Positions 50,813 through 61,561 of a stretch of DNA of 64,000 nt are shown here, piece after piece (position 1 is the stretch's first letter; each line of letters opens with the position of its first letter). Position numbers and translations under genes: made by a program. A model generated the notes under the pieces. That model was not told the origin of the DNA. It saw only the letters and a program-made list of their open reading frames with translations, and ran no database searches. This DNA comes from Gammaproteobacteria bacterium (GTDB lineage: Bacteria > Pseudomonadota > Gammaproteobacteria > JBCCGL01). Location: contig OZ255836.1 of assembly GCA_965277715.1 (NCBI GenBank), forward strand, positions 2,112,001 to 2,176,000, read 5' to 3'.

Positions 50813-51769
50813 TCACTCTGTATATGGCAACCTGTCAGCCCGCAAGTCAGCAAAAATACCCCGATGGGTTTTCAAGTAACTATTTTCAAGGTGTTCAATT
50901 TTTCCGGCCATTTTTTTATGTAATTTCACCACGGCATGAAACGGGGTATTGGGTGAGAGATGGTGCTCTGCATGGTAGCAGGCATACCAGCCAAGGTACT
51001 TTAACGGTGCCCAGGCAATGACACTGCGGGTGTTGCGAAACAAATTCGGCACCAGCGGGCAACCCTGGTGTTCAGTCAACCGTATCATGCGCATAAACGG
51101 CTCGCCTACCACACGCGGTAATAGCCAGTAAACAGCCAGAAACCACGATTGATATACGCAGGATACAACAATCAATGCAATGTAAATTGCCACAATAACC
51201 CGCGCTTCAAAGACTACCTGGGCGCGTTTGTGTGCCGGGATAAACGCTTTCTCGAATACGCTGATACACCCAAAAAAATGGCTGAACAAACCGTTTAGCT
51301 GATAAAAGAAATACGGTAGCGCGGTCAGATAAAACAGGTAACCCCAGCGATTGTCTGCCTGGGGTATCCGCTCTGGATCGACGTCCGGTTGCTGGGTATA
51401 GCGGTGGTGTTGCATATGCTCGCAATAAAAATGCGTCGGCTCCAAAAGTGAAATCAATGCGCTAAACCAGTAGACTGTTGAGTTTATCCACGCCGTTTTA
51501 AACGGTGTTTTATGTGCACACTCGTGAAACGGCTGAAACCAGTAAACGATAATAACCCCGTGCAGAAAGCAAAATAACACCGCCCAGATTGATCCCATCG
51601 ACAGAGAGAAGAGATACCCGGACACGAGCATTGCGCTCAGGTGTCCCAAAAAAAAGACGATTCCCGGCGCATCGCTACGCTGGTTGATTGCTTTAATTTC
51701 CTCAGAGGATAATAGTGCACGAACACCTGTTTGCTCCCAGACAGGCATATCGGTGTTTTTGTTTGTCAT
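50813..51769 (-). CDS. Fatty acid desaturase family protein (MocD-like)
   Basis: His boxes HECAH, HMQHH, TEH and HAEHH. Confidence 0.88.
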   Translation of the reverse strand: MTNKNTDMPVWEQTGVRALLSSEEIKAINQRSDAPGIVFFLGHLSAMLVSGYLFSLSMGSIWAVLFCFLHGVIIVYWFQPFHECAHKTPFKTAWINSTVYWFSALISLLEPTHFYCEHMQHHRYTQQPDVDPERIPQADNRWGYLFYLTALPYFFYQLNGLFSHFFGCISVFEKAFIPAHKRAQVVFEARVIVAIYIALIVVSCVYQSWFLAVYWLLPRVVGEPFMRMIRLTEHQGCPLVPNLFRNTRSVIAWAPLKYLGWYACYHAEHHLSPNTPFHAVVKLHKKMAGKIEHLENSYLKTHRGIFADLRADRLPYTE

Positions 51770-51857
51770 AATAAAATATCCTGGCCTGAGTGATAGCCTG
51801 AGTGATGGCCTGCGTATCTATTCCAAACCCAATATCAGAGGCTGAGATGTGGAGATT

Positions 51858-52394
51858 ATGCCGCAAGCTTACTCGTTGAAAAATCTGATGGATACCCTAC
51901 CCCGTGCTGGGTGCGTTGAATGGATTGGCATTCGCCCGGCTCGCGGTGAGGCAATGCTGGAACCTGGGTCAATCCACGCAATTGCCGGAAAAGGGTTACA
52001 GGGAGATCGGTTTTCCGGCCGCGCTGAAAGCCCCCGGCAGGTAACAATAATACAATACGAGCACCTTGCCGTTATCGCAGCGTACTTAGGCGATAGGGAT
52101 GTTGACCCAGCCATTCTACGCCGCAATATCGCTGTATCGGGCATCAATTTACTGGCATTGAAAAATAAGACGTTTCGCCTTGGTAGCGCCGTGTTAGAGA
52201 TGACGGGGTTGTGCCATCCGTGCAGCAAAATGGAACGCATGCTGGGAACCGGTGGTTACAACGCAGTGCGTGGCCACGGCGGGATTACGGCACGCGTGCT
52301 CGAAAGTGGCGACATAAAGCTTGGCGATGCATTGTGCGCTTTACCCTCTTGCGGCATATCAAGCGACCACGAACGCTCTAAATATATGGAGTAG
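51858..52394 (+). CDS. MOSC domain protein
   Basis: GL.GDR, RQVT, LRRNI, C.PC..ME and RGHGGITARV. Confidence 0.9.
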   Translation: MPQAYSLKNLMDTLPRAGCVEWIGIRPARGEAMLEPGSIHAIAGKGLQGDRFSGRAESPRQVTIIQYEHLAVIAAYLGDRDVDPAILRRNIAVSGINLLALKNKTFRLGSAVLEMTGLCHPCSKMERMLGTGGYNAVRGHGGITARVLESGDIKLGDALCALPSCGISSDHERSKYME

Positions 52395-52449
52395 TTGCGC
52401 TTAAAAACCACCGTAATCTCTCTATTGAGCGCACCGAAAAAAGACCGGA

Positions 52450-53607
52450 TTATTGGTCATTCATCTGCTGCGCATACCAACAGGCAAAATTCGCCACACT
52501 CGGCTCCAGGCAGGAGAAACGCCCCGGCTTGGCAAACGGTGAATTGAGCCCGGTATATTGTTTTTCCAATACAGGCAAATCTTCGCCAATTGCCGTATCA
52601 AACCGCTCAAAGTATTTTTTTGCACGCGCTTCATAATCAGGCAGTTGCATGGCTTCCGGGGTAAAGCAAATGGTCATGCCCACCCTGCTGCGACCCGGCG
52701 CAATAGGGTAAACATCAAACATCCACACGGATTCAATGCTTGCCGCAAACGTCATATTGGGATATGTCCAGGTGTAGCGGGTGCCCTGGCGATTGCGCCC
52801 ATCGAGGGTTTTGATTGGCGGCAGGGTTTTATCCCTGGCATCATCAAGCAATGCAGCCGTACCCTGTGTGGTGCCAAACTGGGTGGTGTAGTTGCCGCTG
52901 ACAATGTCGGTATCGTCTGGTGTGTCGTATAGGTGGGTAATCGAATCGGGGTGTACTGTCGGCAGGTGGTAGTACTCATTAAACACTTCAATATACGATT
53001 TCCAGTTACAGGCCACTTCAAATTCCGTGCGGCGCGCCGTCACCAGGTCAGCCAGTGACCAGGGGGCATGCATTTGTGCAAAATCACCCAGCCACTCGTC
53101 CAGTGTCGGGGCGTTATCGTCCATACACAGGAATACAAAACCCTCCCGCGTGCCGATACGGAACGGGTGTAGACCAGACGCTGCTTTGTCAAAACCGCTC
53201 GTTTTTTGCATGGTCGGCGCAGCAATCAAGCGCCCCTCTGGTGCGTATACCCACGCGTGGTAAGGACAGGTGATCGACGGTGTATTGCCCTCACCTTCCA
53301 GCAACTGCATACCGCGATGACGGCAGCTATTGGCGAAGGCGCGCAGCTCACCGGATCGATCTCGAATAACAATGGTCGGCACACCGGCTATATCCATCGC
53401 CGTGTAATCACCGGGAGCGGGCCAACGGTCTGCCCGGCCAAGACCAATCCATGCGCCATGAAAAATGGTTTTCATCTCCTGCTGAAAAAAAGTGGTATCG
53501 GTGTAACAACCGGGCGGCAGGGTCTGCGACTGATCAATCGGTGGCACAACTTTTTTTAGCTGCTCATGCAGCCCTCCCAGGTTCGACTCAACCACACAAG
53601 CACTCAT
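52450..53607 (-). CDS. Rieske non-heme iron oxygenase alpha subunit (choline/betaine monooxygenase-like)
   Basis: CRH-x16-CPYH Rieske motif, NWK...E...E.YH...VH and ED. Confidence 0.9.
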   Translation of the reverse strand: MSACVVESNLGGLHEQLKKVVPPIDQSQTLPPGCYTDTTFFQQEMKTIFHGAWIGLGRADRWPAPGDYTAMDIAGVPTIVIRDRSGELRAFANSCRHRGMQLLEGEGNTPSITCPYHAWVYAPEGRLIAAPTMQKTSGFDKAASGLHPFRIGTREGFVFLCMDDNAPTLDEWLGDFAQMHAPWSLADLVTARRTEFEVACNWKSYIEVFNEYYHLPTVHPDSITHLYDTPDDTDIVSGNYTTQFGTTQGTAALLDDARDKTLPPIKTLDGRNRQGTRYTWTYPNMTFAASIESVWMFDVYPIAPGRSRVGMTICFTPEAMQLPDYEARAKKYFERFDTAIGEDLPVLEKQYTGLNSPFAKPGRFSCLEPSVANFACWYAQQMNDQ

Positions 53608-53802
53608 TATTCACCTCACGGCATACCACTGAAAAACAACGCATATCAGATACCTTGCACCACCTGATACCCACATAAAGAAGGTGTTAGTTTCCAACCT
53701 TCCTGTCGGTTTGTAAAATTAAATATCCCGCACTCAACCGCGTGCACCGGGCAATCCGATCCGGTATGGTATGCGCCTGCCAAAATACAGTGAATTGATT
53801 TA

Positions 53803-53997
53803 ATGACGCTAGACAAAGCCAGAGAACTTCTCGCCGTACAGGCTGATCTTGGCGGCGGTTATAACCGCAATTCTGTGCGACTGATCCTCGCCGATGTCGA
53901 TCGCGAGCACGGGCAGGCACAGGTCGACGCCTTGATACAGGAATTTTCTTTAGATCAAATCTTTGGACTTCAGGTGGGGACAAAATTCAAATGGTAG
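53803..53997 (+). CDS. Small hypothetical protein
   Basis: Protein-like 64-aa ORF (GGGYNRNS.RLILA.V.REHGQ) filling an intergenic gap. Confidence 0.65.
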   Translation: MTLDKARELLAVQADLGGGYNRNSVRLILADVDREHGQAQVDALIQEFSLDQIFGLQVGTKFKW

Positions 53998-54117
53998 CGG
54001 CCCTGATTGCGTGTCTTCCAGTCCAGGTATGCGCTTGAAAGGCCATAGGGCTGGCGCTGAGGGCAAGCTGTTTTTAAAATCCGGAGCCGAGATTAGAGAG
54101 CAATCGGTATAGTCTTA

Positions 54118-54193
54118 AATCTAAATTCCGCAGTTGAATTGTAGCGAGGGCGTCTAAGGTGCTCGCAGTAGATTCAACTGCGGAATTTAGGTT
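54118..54193. repeat. 76-bp hairpin / MITE-like element
   Basis: 22-bp IR AATCTAAATTCCGCAGTTGAAT / ATTCAACTGCGGAATTTAGGTT plus an inner GCGAG/CTCGC stem. Confidence 0.8.
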
Positions 54194-54218
54194 AAAAGTA
54201 ACCGCAACGGGAACCAGT

Positions 54219-54794
54219 GTGCAAAAACGATTTATTCAAGAGCAGGATTTAATGCTGGATGCCTACCGGCTTGGCGTTTCTATCGTGGAGTCAGGGTTTC
54301 GGCCAAACTTTATTGTGGGCTTGTGGCGTGGCGGCAGTGCCGTTGGCATTGTTGTACAGGAGTGCCTGCAACACCTCGGTATCGACGCCGACCATATTTC
54401 CCTGCGCACGTCGTATCGTGGCGCGGAATCTTATCAGCACTTAATCGAAAATGAAGAGACCATTCGTGTACACGGCACCCAGTATTTACTGGAAAACATG
54501 AATGCCAGCGATTCACTTCTGATTGTCGATGATGTCTATAACACCGGGCTGAATGTGCAGGCCGTCATTAGGCGTCTGGAAAAGAAAATGCGCCGCAACG
54601 TACCACAGGATATTCGCATCGCTGTGCCGTGGTACAAACCGGCCAATAATAAAACCGGGCGCGAGCCGGATTATTTCTTACACACGACGCACGACTGGTT
54701 AGTGCTGCCCTACGAGTTGACCGGCTTGAGCAAAGAGGAAATTATTCAACATAAAAAAGGGCTGGGGCCGATCATTAGGGATCTAAGCGGCTAA
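54219..54794 (+). CDS. Phosphoribosyltransferase family protein
   Basis: WRGG and LLIVDDVYNTG PRPP-binding motif; W.V.PYE. Confidence 0.88.
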   Translation: MQKRFIQEQDLMLDAYRLGVSIVESGFRPNFIVGLWRGGSAVGIVVQECLQHLGIDADHISLRTSYRGAESYQHLIENEETIRVHGTQYLLENMNASDSLLIVDDVYNTGLNVQAVIRRLEKKMRRNVPQDIRIAVPWYKPANNKTGREPDYFLHTTHDWLVLPYELTGLSKEEIIQHKKGLGPIIRDLSG

Positions 54795-54828
54795 GCGGTT
54801 GTTTGTATAAAACCTATTACCAGGTCTA

Positions 54829-55290
54829 TTAACTTGCCACTGACTCCAACTTCAACACCATACCATCAGCCCCTACCACCTTGGCTGACGAACCGGCTGT
54901 CATGGGTGCATCCAATTGCACCCGCCAAAACGTATCGCCAATTTGCAGGCGGTGTTGCGTACTGTTTATATCTTCTTCAATCACCACGACACGCCCGATC
55001 AACTGCGTGGCCCGGTCATTGATTGCCGGGTTATCTGTCTTTTGATTGTAATTGCGCAGAAATTTCCAATAGATAATGGTCATTATTACGGCGTTAAAGG
55101 CAAACAGAGTCAGTTGATACTGCCAGCTTACATCCGGCGCGACCAACAGCAATAACACCTGCAAAAACGCGGCGGCACCGGCACCGATTAAAAAGCCACC
55201 CGCACCCAAAATTTCCGAGCTCAGTAACAACAGCCCTAAGATCAACCAATGCCACACTTGTAAACCACCAAAAAAATCGACCATAAACAC
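54829..55290 (-). CDS. ybbJ: NfeD family membrane protein (YbbJ-like)
   Basis: W.ILG..LL..E, N.R..QLIG and GDT.W; paired with an SPFH gene. Confidence 0.85.
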   Translation of the reverse strand: MFMVDFFGGLQVWHWLILGLLLLSSEILGAGGFLIGAGAAAFLQVLLLLVAPDVSWQYQLTLFAFNAVIMTIIYWKFLRNYNQKTDNPAINDRATQLIGRVVVIEEDINSTQHRLQIGDTFWRVQLDAPMTAGSSAKVVGADGMVLKLESVAS

Positions 55291-55308
55291 TACCTCCTGA
55301 ATCAGTTT

Positions 55309-56253
55309 TTACACTTTTGCACTGCCCGATGCATCCCGCACAATCTCGGCAATGCCCGCAATTGAACCAATCACGCTGCTCGCTTCCAGCGGGATCATCA
55401 TCACTTTGTTATTGTCTGACTCTGCCAACTTACCCAGTGCTTCAACGTATTTTTGCGCAATAAAATAATTGATCGCACGCGGATCACCGCTTTGAATGGC
55501 AACCGAAACCATATTGGTTGCCTTGGCTTCTGCTTCAGCCAGTCGCTCCCGGCCCTCCGCCTCCCGCTTGGCGGCTTCCAGTTGCCCCTCTGCCAGTAAA
55601 ATTGCGGATTGTTTTTGACCTTCCGCCACTTGAATCGCCGCCTGCCTCTGGCCTTCTGCCTCCAAAACCGAGGCGCGTTTCTCGCGCTCCGCTTTCATTT
55701 GCCGCCCCATTGCATCGACCAGGTCTTTTGGTGGTGAAATATCGCGAATTTCCACACGCGTTATTTTTACGCCCCAGGGATCAGTCGCTTCATCCACTTT
55801 GATCAACAACGCGCTATTGATCTTATCCCGGTTTGACAACATTTCATCAATCTCCATTGAACCCAACACGGCGCGAATATTGGTCATTACCAGATTTTGC
55901 ATGGCGCGGTGCAAGTCGTTAATTTCATACGAGGCTTTAACGGGATCCAGGATCTGATAAAAGCACACGGCATCCGTGGTGACCTGCGCATTATCACTGG
56001 AAATGATTTCCTGGGGCGGCACATCCAGCACCAGCTCCATCATATTTTGTTCGTGGCCGATATGATCGATAAACGGCACAATCAAATGCAGGCCAGGGCT
56101 CAGTGTTTTTGTGTATTTACCAAAACGCTCAACGGTCCAGCTATACCCCTGCGGCACCATTTTCGCCCCCTTGACAACAATTAGCAGCGCAAAAACCACG
56201 AACACTAAAACCGTAATATTCATACCCGATACAACTCCAGATAGATTAGACAT
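55309..56253 (-). CDS. qmcA: SPFH/Band 7 family protein (QmcA/YbbK)
   Basis: VERFGKY, PGL..IVPF.D, WG.K.TR.EI.DI.PP and QMKAER.KRA. Confidence 0.93.
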   Translation of the reverse strand: MSNLSGVVSGMNITVLVFVVFALLIVVKGAKMVPQGYSWTVERFGKYTKTLSPGLHLIVPFIDHIGHEQNMMELVLDVPPQEIISSDNAQVTTDAVCFYQILDPVKASYEINDLHRAMQNLVMTNIRAVLGSMEIDEMLSNRDKINSALLIKVDEATDPWGVKITRVEIRDISPPKDLVDAMGRQMKAEREKRASVLEAEGQRQAAIQVAEGQKQSAILLAEGQLEAAKREAEGRERLAEAEAKATNMVSVAIQSGDPRAINYFIAQKYVEALGKLAESDNNKVMMIPLEASSVIGSIAGIAEIVRDASGSAKV

Positions 56254-56508
56254 TTAAAATCCTCTTACTTCTCATACACAATAAAATAGGTGAAAGATTC
56301 AGATAGCTGACTGAAACGCATGATAAAACCCCACACAATCGCAGAGTAAAGGCACTGCATAATTGTTTCATCAAATATATCAACGGGCTGGGCAGAGTCT
56401 AAAGTTAAAGCCTGATTGATACCAGCGGAGAGTTAGCTGTTTACACTGATTCCCTCTCGTATTACTGACAAGGTATATCCCCTCCGTAATCTTAGATATC
56501 ATCACCTT

Positions 56509-57885
56509 ATGACAAAACCCCACAAAACACTCTATCACCCCAGTCTCTACCAGTTTGGCCAGCCCCAACCCTCTTATTGGGAGGCGACAGCGAGCGCCCC
56601 CAAGCTGCAAGGCGCAGCACTCGCAGGTACACATAGCTGCGATGTCGCCATTATCGGCGGCGGCTACACCGGGCTTTCTGCGGCGCTACACCTGGCACGC
56701 GATTACAGCACAGATGTCCGCGTGCTGGAGGCAGGCCACTTCGGTTGGGGGGCATCCGGTCGCAACGGTGGTTTTTGCAGTATTGGTGGCACCAAGCTCA
56801 CGCTCAAGTGGCAGTGTTCACGGTATGGCGCTGAAGAAACCCGGCGTTATTATCAGAGCCAGGTTGAGGCGATTGAACTGGTGCATCGCCTGGGCGAAGA
56901 AGAGGGTATTGATTACCTGCCACAGGGTGACTGTGAGTTTACTGTGGCCGATAGTCCTGCGCATTTCAGATCGTTAAAGCAGAGCGCTGAAATACAAAGA
57001 ACACAACTGGGATTAGACGTTCGTGTTCATTCACAAGATGAATTCAGCGAGATAGCCTACTCCTCACCCCATCAGCACGGCGCGATAGCTATACGCCCTT
57101 CGTTTGCCCTGCACCCGTTAAAATTTGCGCAGGGCCTGGCTGTGGCCGCAGAACGCCACGGGGCATACCTGCACTCACACAGTGAAGTAGTGGGCTGGCA
57201 CAAAGTGTCGGGGGCGCATGTACTGACCACAGCAAGCGGCGAGCTGCACGCCAAACGGGTTATTCTCACCGGCAACGGGTTTATGCCAGAGCATTTACAC
57301 AAGGGAATGTACGCCAGGCCACTGCCATTACAAAGCGCCATTGTCGTCACCCGGCCAATTACCGATGACGAGCTAAAGGCGCAGGGCTGGCGCACTGAAA
57401 ACCCGACGGTTAACTCGGCGAATCTCTATTTTTACTACCGTTTACTCAGTGACAGGCGCCTGATGCTCGGCGGGCGGGCCAATCATATTGGCGACCCCGC
57501 AGGTGCGCAAAACACATATGCGGATCTGCAAAAATCCATCGGCGCGTTTTGGCCACAGTTTAAGCATATTGAATGCACCCATCAGTGGCGTGGCCTGGTG
57601 TGTTTTACCCGATCATTTAGGCCCTCAATAGGGCGAATGCCAGAAGACAGCAGCGTCTATTTTGGTTTTGGCTATCACGGCAATGGTGTCAATACCGCCA
57701 CCTGGACAGGCCGCGAGCTGGCAAAGTGGTTGGCGGGGAAAACATCTGGCGATCAATTATTACCCGCGCATTTACCGGCGATTGTACGCGGTGAAACACC
57801 GCGTATCCCACTGGCATTCTTACGGCGGCATTATGTGCGCGCCGGGTTGGCAGTGTGGAAATTGCGGGATATGCTAGGGCGGTGA
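56509..57885 (+). CDS. FAD-dependent oxidoreductase (PuuB/DadA family)
   Basis: IGGGYTGLSAA, GASGRNGG and GY.GNGV. Confidence 0.9.
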   Translation: MTKPHKTLYHPSLYQFGQPQPSYWEATASAPKLQGAALAGTHSCDVAIIGGGYTGLSAALHLARDYSTDVRVLEAGHFGWGASGRNGGFCSIGGTKLTLKWQCSRYGAEETRRYYQSQVEAIELVHRLGEEEGIDYLPQGDCEFTVADSPAHFRSLKQSAEIQRTQLGLDVRVHSQDEFSEIAYSSPHQHGAIAIRPSFALHPLKFAQGLAVAAERHGAYLHSHSEVVGWHKVSGAHVLTTASGELHAKRVILTGNGFMPEHLHKGMYARPLPLQSAIVVTRPITDDELKAQGWRTENPTVNSANLYFYYRLLSDRRLMLGGRANHIGDPAGAQNTYADLQKSIGAFWPQFKHIECTHQWRGLVCFTRSFRPSIGRMPEDSSVYFGFGYHGNGVNTATWTGRELAKWLAGKTSGDQLLPAHLPAIVRGETPRIPLAFLRRHYVRAGLAVWKLRDMLGR

Positions 57886-57956
57886 ACCACGATCTTTTTG
57901 CGTAAACAAAAAACGGGCATCAAACGCCATTACAACAGTATAAACCGGGGAAAACG

Positions 57957-59060
57957 ATGACAGAATTAAGCCGCACCTCTGCACTTGCATCACGACATAC
58001 CGCCCTTGGGTCGGGCCTTGAAGACTGGAATGGCATGGGAACCGCCTGGAGCTATAACACCAACCCTGAAGATGAACACGATGCCGTTCGCGAATCGGCG
58101 GGCCTGTTCGATATGTCCCCCCTGAAGAAAGTTTATGTCCGTGGGCCAGACGCTGCCAAGGTCGTGGATCATGTGATAAGCCGCGATACGACCGCGATTT
58201 ACCCCGGAAAATCGGCCTATGGCGCCATTCTCACCGAGCAGGGCACCGTATGTGATGACGCCATTATCGCCAATAATGGTAATAACGAGTGGATGCATTG
58301 TCACGGTTCGGGGGATAGCATGGCGCGGCTGCAAGAATCTGCTGCGGGTTTGAATGTTGACATAACCCTGGATGATAGCTTGCACGATATCTCACTACAG
58401 GGGCCTAAAGCGCTGCAATTGCTCGACCCGCATACACCGATTGACCTATCCCAACTGGCCTATTTTCATCACCAACAGACAACACTGTTTGGCCATGCCT
58501 GCCGTATCTCCCGTACGGGGTACTCGGGTGAACGCGGCTATGAGATTTTTGCCGATGCATCGGTTGTCTGCGATATATGGGATCACATACTCGGCCACGG
58601 TGCATCAGAGGGCGTTATGCCCTGTTCTTTTACAGCACTCGATAAAGTGCGAATAGAAGCTGCCCTGCTATTTTTTGGTTACGACATGACAGACGAACAC
58701 AGCCCGTGGGAAGTGGGGCTTGGCTTTACCATCAACCCAGACAAGGGTGATTTCCGGGGCGGGGACCAGGCGCTTGCAGCGCGGGGTAAAGAACGCTTCG
58801 TCGCTGCGGGTATTGCCTGTCACCACAATGACGCGCTGGCCGGTGGTGAAATACTGCAAATCAATGGCGAGCCTGTCGGTGTGGTGAATAGCCCTGCCTG
58901 GTCGCACCGGTTGAATAAATCCCTGGCACTGGTGCACCTGAGTAAAGACGCGGCGAAACCCGGCACCCCTGTCGATGTGAGTAGCGATGCATTCCAGGGC
59001 ACAGCCGTGGTTGAAAATACACCTTTTTTCGACCCACAAAAATCCCGAACCCACGCTTGA
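57957..59060 (+). CDS. Aminomethyltransferase (GcvT-like, THF-dependent) family protein
   Basis: GLFD.S, LQGP, SRTGYSGERGYE, RIEA and PF.DP. Confidence 0.9.
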   Translation: MTELSRTSALASRHTALGSGLEDWNGMGTAWSYNTNPEDEHDAVRESAGLFDMSPLKKVYVRGPDAAKVVDHVISRDTTAIYPGKSAYGAILTEQGTVCDDAIIANNGNNEWMHCHGSGDSMARLQESAAGLNVDITLDDSLHDISLQGPKALQLLDPHTPIDLSQLAYFHHQQTTLFGHACRISRTGYSGERGYEIFADASVVCDIWDHILGHGASEGVMPCSFTALDKVRIEAALLFFGYDMTDEHSPWEVGLGFTINPDKGDFRGGDQALAARGKERFVAAGIACHHNDALAGGEILQINGEPVGVVNSPAWSHRLNKSLALVHLSKDAAKPGTPVDVSSDAFQGTAVVENTPFFDPQKSRTHA

Positions 59061-59089
59061 TATGCGCCTGCTTAACACGCCCGCCCAAC

Positions 59090-60625
59090 ATGCCTGACAT
59101 CACGCCCAAAAAGCGCAAGCGCAGCCGACGGGGCAATCCGGCACAGCAAACCGATACCCCCGAGGCCCCGGCATTTCTAACCCGAAAAATTCGGCCTTAC
59201 GATCTCCTCGAAGAAGAGGAACTGGTTAAGCTGGAACAACATGCAGACTGGATACTCGCGCAAATAGGCATCGAAATACGCGGTGACCCGGTTGCATTGG
59301 CCCTATTCAGGGCAGCGGGGGCCAGCGTCAGCGGTGAACGCATTCGCTTTGAGCCGGGACAGGCACGCAACCTGTGCCAAACCGCCCCCAAAAGCTACGT
59401 GATGTATGCGCGCAACCCGGCGCGCAATATCGAATTTGGCGGTAATAAACTGATCCTGGCACCGGCCTATGGCTCCCCCTTTGTGACGGATATAAAAGCA
59501 GGGCGCCGCTATGGCACAGTGAAAGATTTCCAAAACTTTATCAAGCTGACGTATATGACCCCCTGGCTGCACCATCAGAGTGGCACCGTTTGTGAGCCTG
59601 TCGATGTCGCGGTCAACAAGCGCCACCTCGATATGGTATACGCCCACCTGCGTTATTCAGACAAACCCTTTATGGGGTCAGTTACCGCCCCTGAACGTGC
59701 CGAGGATTCACTGGCGATGGCCCGGATTGTCTTTGGCGAGGACTTTATGCGCGACCATCTGGTGATACAGGGCAATATCAACGTCAACTCACCTTTGGTT
59801 TACGATGACACCATGACCGGCGCGCTCCGCACTTATGCAGCGGCAAACCAGGGCAGTGTTATCTCCCCTTTTATTCTCGGCGGCGCCATGAGCCCGGTGA
59901 CACAGCCTGCATTGATTGCACAAGCCCATGCAGAGGCCATGGTGGGTATCGCCCTGACTCAACTGGTGCGCCCCGGTGCGCCAGTGGTGTACGGTGCCTT
60001 TCTGACTACCATGGATTTAAAAACGGGCGCGCCCACATTCGGCACACCTGAATCGACTCTCGCCTGTTTGGCCATCGCGCAGTTATGTCGACGTTTAGGG
60101 CTGCCTTTTCGTTGTGGTGGCCACCTCACCGCCGCCAAGCTGGCGGATGCCCAGGCAATGCAGGAGTCCACCGACACAATGAACCCTGCCATTATGGCGG
60201 GAGCCAATTTTATCTTTCAATCGGCGGGCTGGTTGGAAGGGGGGTTAACCATTGGCTATGAAAAGTTTGTTATGGACGTGGATCACTGTGGCGCGATTGC
60301 CCGCATGGTTGAAGGGTTAAGCCTGGATGACAACCAACTCGCGGCAGATGCGTACCTGGAAGCGGGTGTTGGGACTAATTTTCTCGGTGTTGCCCATACC
60401 CTGCGCAATTATAAAACGGCTAATTACCGCGCTGAACTGGCCGATACCCGCTCATTTGAACAGTGGACAGATGATGGCGGCGAGGACATGCAACAACGCG
60501 CTTACCATCGCTGGAACAAGCTGTTGGCAGAGTACCAGGCACCTGCCATTGCGCCAGACGTCGATCAGGCGTTATTGGCGTTTATCGCTGAAAGAAAAGC
60601 CTCAATGGAGGATGCCTGGTATTAA
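59090..60625 (+). CDS. Trimethylamine methyltransferase (MttB) family protein, non-pyrrolysine
   Basis: YGSPFV, SDKPFMG, N.NSPL..D, PF...GAMSP, GAPTFGTPE and AGWLEGGL; no in-frame TAG. Confidence 0.92.
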   Translation: MPDITPKKRKRSRRGNPAQQTDTPEAPAFLTRKIRPYDLLEEEELVKLEQHADWILAQIGIEIRGDPVALALFRAAGASVSGERIRFEPGQARNLCQTAPKSYVMYARNPARNIEFGGNKLILAPAYGSPFVTDIKAGRRYGTVKDFQNFIKLTYMTPWLHHQSGTVCEPVDVAVNKRHLDMVYAHLRYSDKPFMGSVTAPERAEDSLAMARIVFGEDFMRDHLVIQGNINVNSPLVYDDTMTGALRTYAAANQGSVISPFILGGAMSPVTQPALIAQAHAEAMVGIALTQLVRPGAPVVYGAFLTTMDLKTGAPTFGTPESTLACLAIAQLCRRLGLPFRCGGHLTAAKLADAQAMQESTDTMNPAIMAGANFIFQSAGWLEGGLTIGYEKFVMDVDHCGAIARMVEGLSLDDNQLAADAYLEAGVGTNFLGVAHTLRNYKTANYRAELADTRSFEQWTDDGGEDMQQRAYHRWNKLLAEYQAPAIAPDVDQALLAFIAERKASMEDAWY

Positions 60626-60922
60626 AGAGTAGCAGTCCTGGGGGGTCATTTAGGTTTGTTTCTGGGCTGTAAATTGCTTTGGCAGGTAATGCGTGCTAAT
60701 CGTTGCCGAAAAATGGCTAACGACTGGCATGGTGTAAAAATCTACGATGGGTTGGCTAATGACACCAGTGCAGGGGCGGGAATTCCGAACTCTCTTACTG
60801 GTGCGCCGTTAATTTTGAATTGATGAGTTATTAGTTTCAAGCGACGGTGTTAATATTTTAACACGCTATAAATTTCCACTGTCAGCGATTAAAATGCCTG
60901 GTTTCTCTGAGGCGTTTCTGCG

Positions 60923-61561
60923 TTGATGTCCCCTGATTTTGATCCACTGTTTGTCGATAAATTAGACGATTTGTTTGTCTGGCGGCGCGATGTGCGGCAT
61001 TTCAAAACGACGCCATTGGCCGATGGTGTGTTAGATGAAGTGCTGGATAGAGCCTGTCTGTCACCATCGGTGGGTAATAGCCAGCCGTGGCGGTTTGTAA
61101 AGGTCGATGAAGGCGGGCGGCGGGCGGCTGTTGTTGCCAATTTTGAAATGTGTAACCACCAGGCATTGAATGATTATCAGGGTGAGCAAGCCAGGCTTTA
61201 TGCCAGTTTAAAACTGGCAGGGTTAAAAAATGCCCCCGTACATCTGGCTGTATTTACGGACACCAGCACAGCACAAGGCTCTGGCCTCGGGCGTAAAACC
61301 ATGCCGGAGATGCTGCATTATTCCAGTGTGTGCATGATCATGGGGTTGTGGTTATTGGCCAGGGCACGCGGGGTAGGTGTTGGGTGGGTATCGATTGTTG
61401 ATCCTGAAGAAATCGCCAACGCGCTTGAAGTGCCCGATACCTGGGAGCTGGATGCTTATTTGTGCATTGGCTATGCCGATGAACAGGATATTACCCCGGA
61501 ACTGGAGCGTTTGGGCTGGCAGTCCCGCTCGCAGTGTGGTCGGCAGGTGTTGCAGCGTTGA
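60923..61561 (+). CDS. bluB: 5,6-dimethylbenzimidazole synthase
   Basis: WRRDVRHF, PSVG.SQPWRF, LKL.G, WL.ARA.G.G.GWVS and PELE..GW. Confidence 0.93.
   Translation: MMSPDFDPLFVDKLDDLFVWRRDVRHFKTTPLADGVLDEVLDRACLSPSVGNSQPWRFVKVDEGGRRAAVVANFEMCNHQALNDYQGEQARLYASLKLAGLKNAPVHLAVFTDTSTAQGSGLGRKTMPEMLHYSSVCMIMGLWLLARARGVGVGWVSIVDPEEIANALEVPDTWELDAYLCIGYADEQDITPELERLGWQSRSQCGRQVLQR

Noticed and set aside
59090-60625. Pyrrolysine recoding in the MttB homologue
   Set aside because: The ORF is open with no in-frame TAG, and no pyl genes are in the window
60626-60922. Possible cobalamin riboswitch upstream of bluB
   Set aside because: Only a GGGAA and one hairpin are present; the conserved B12-box elements are not recognisable
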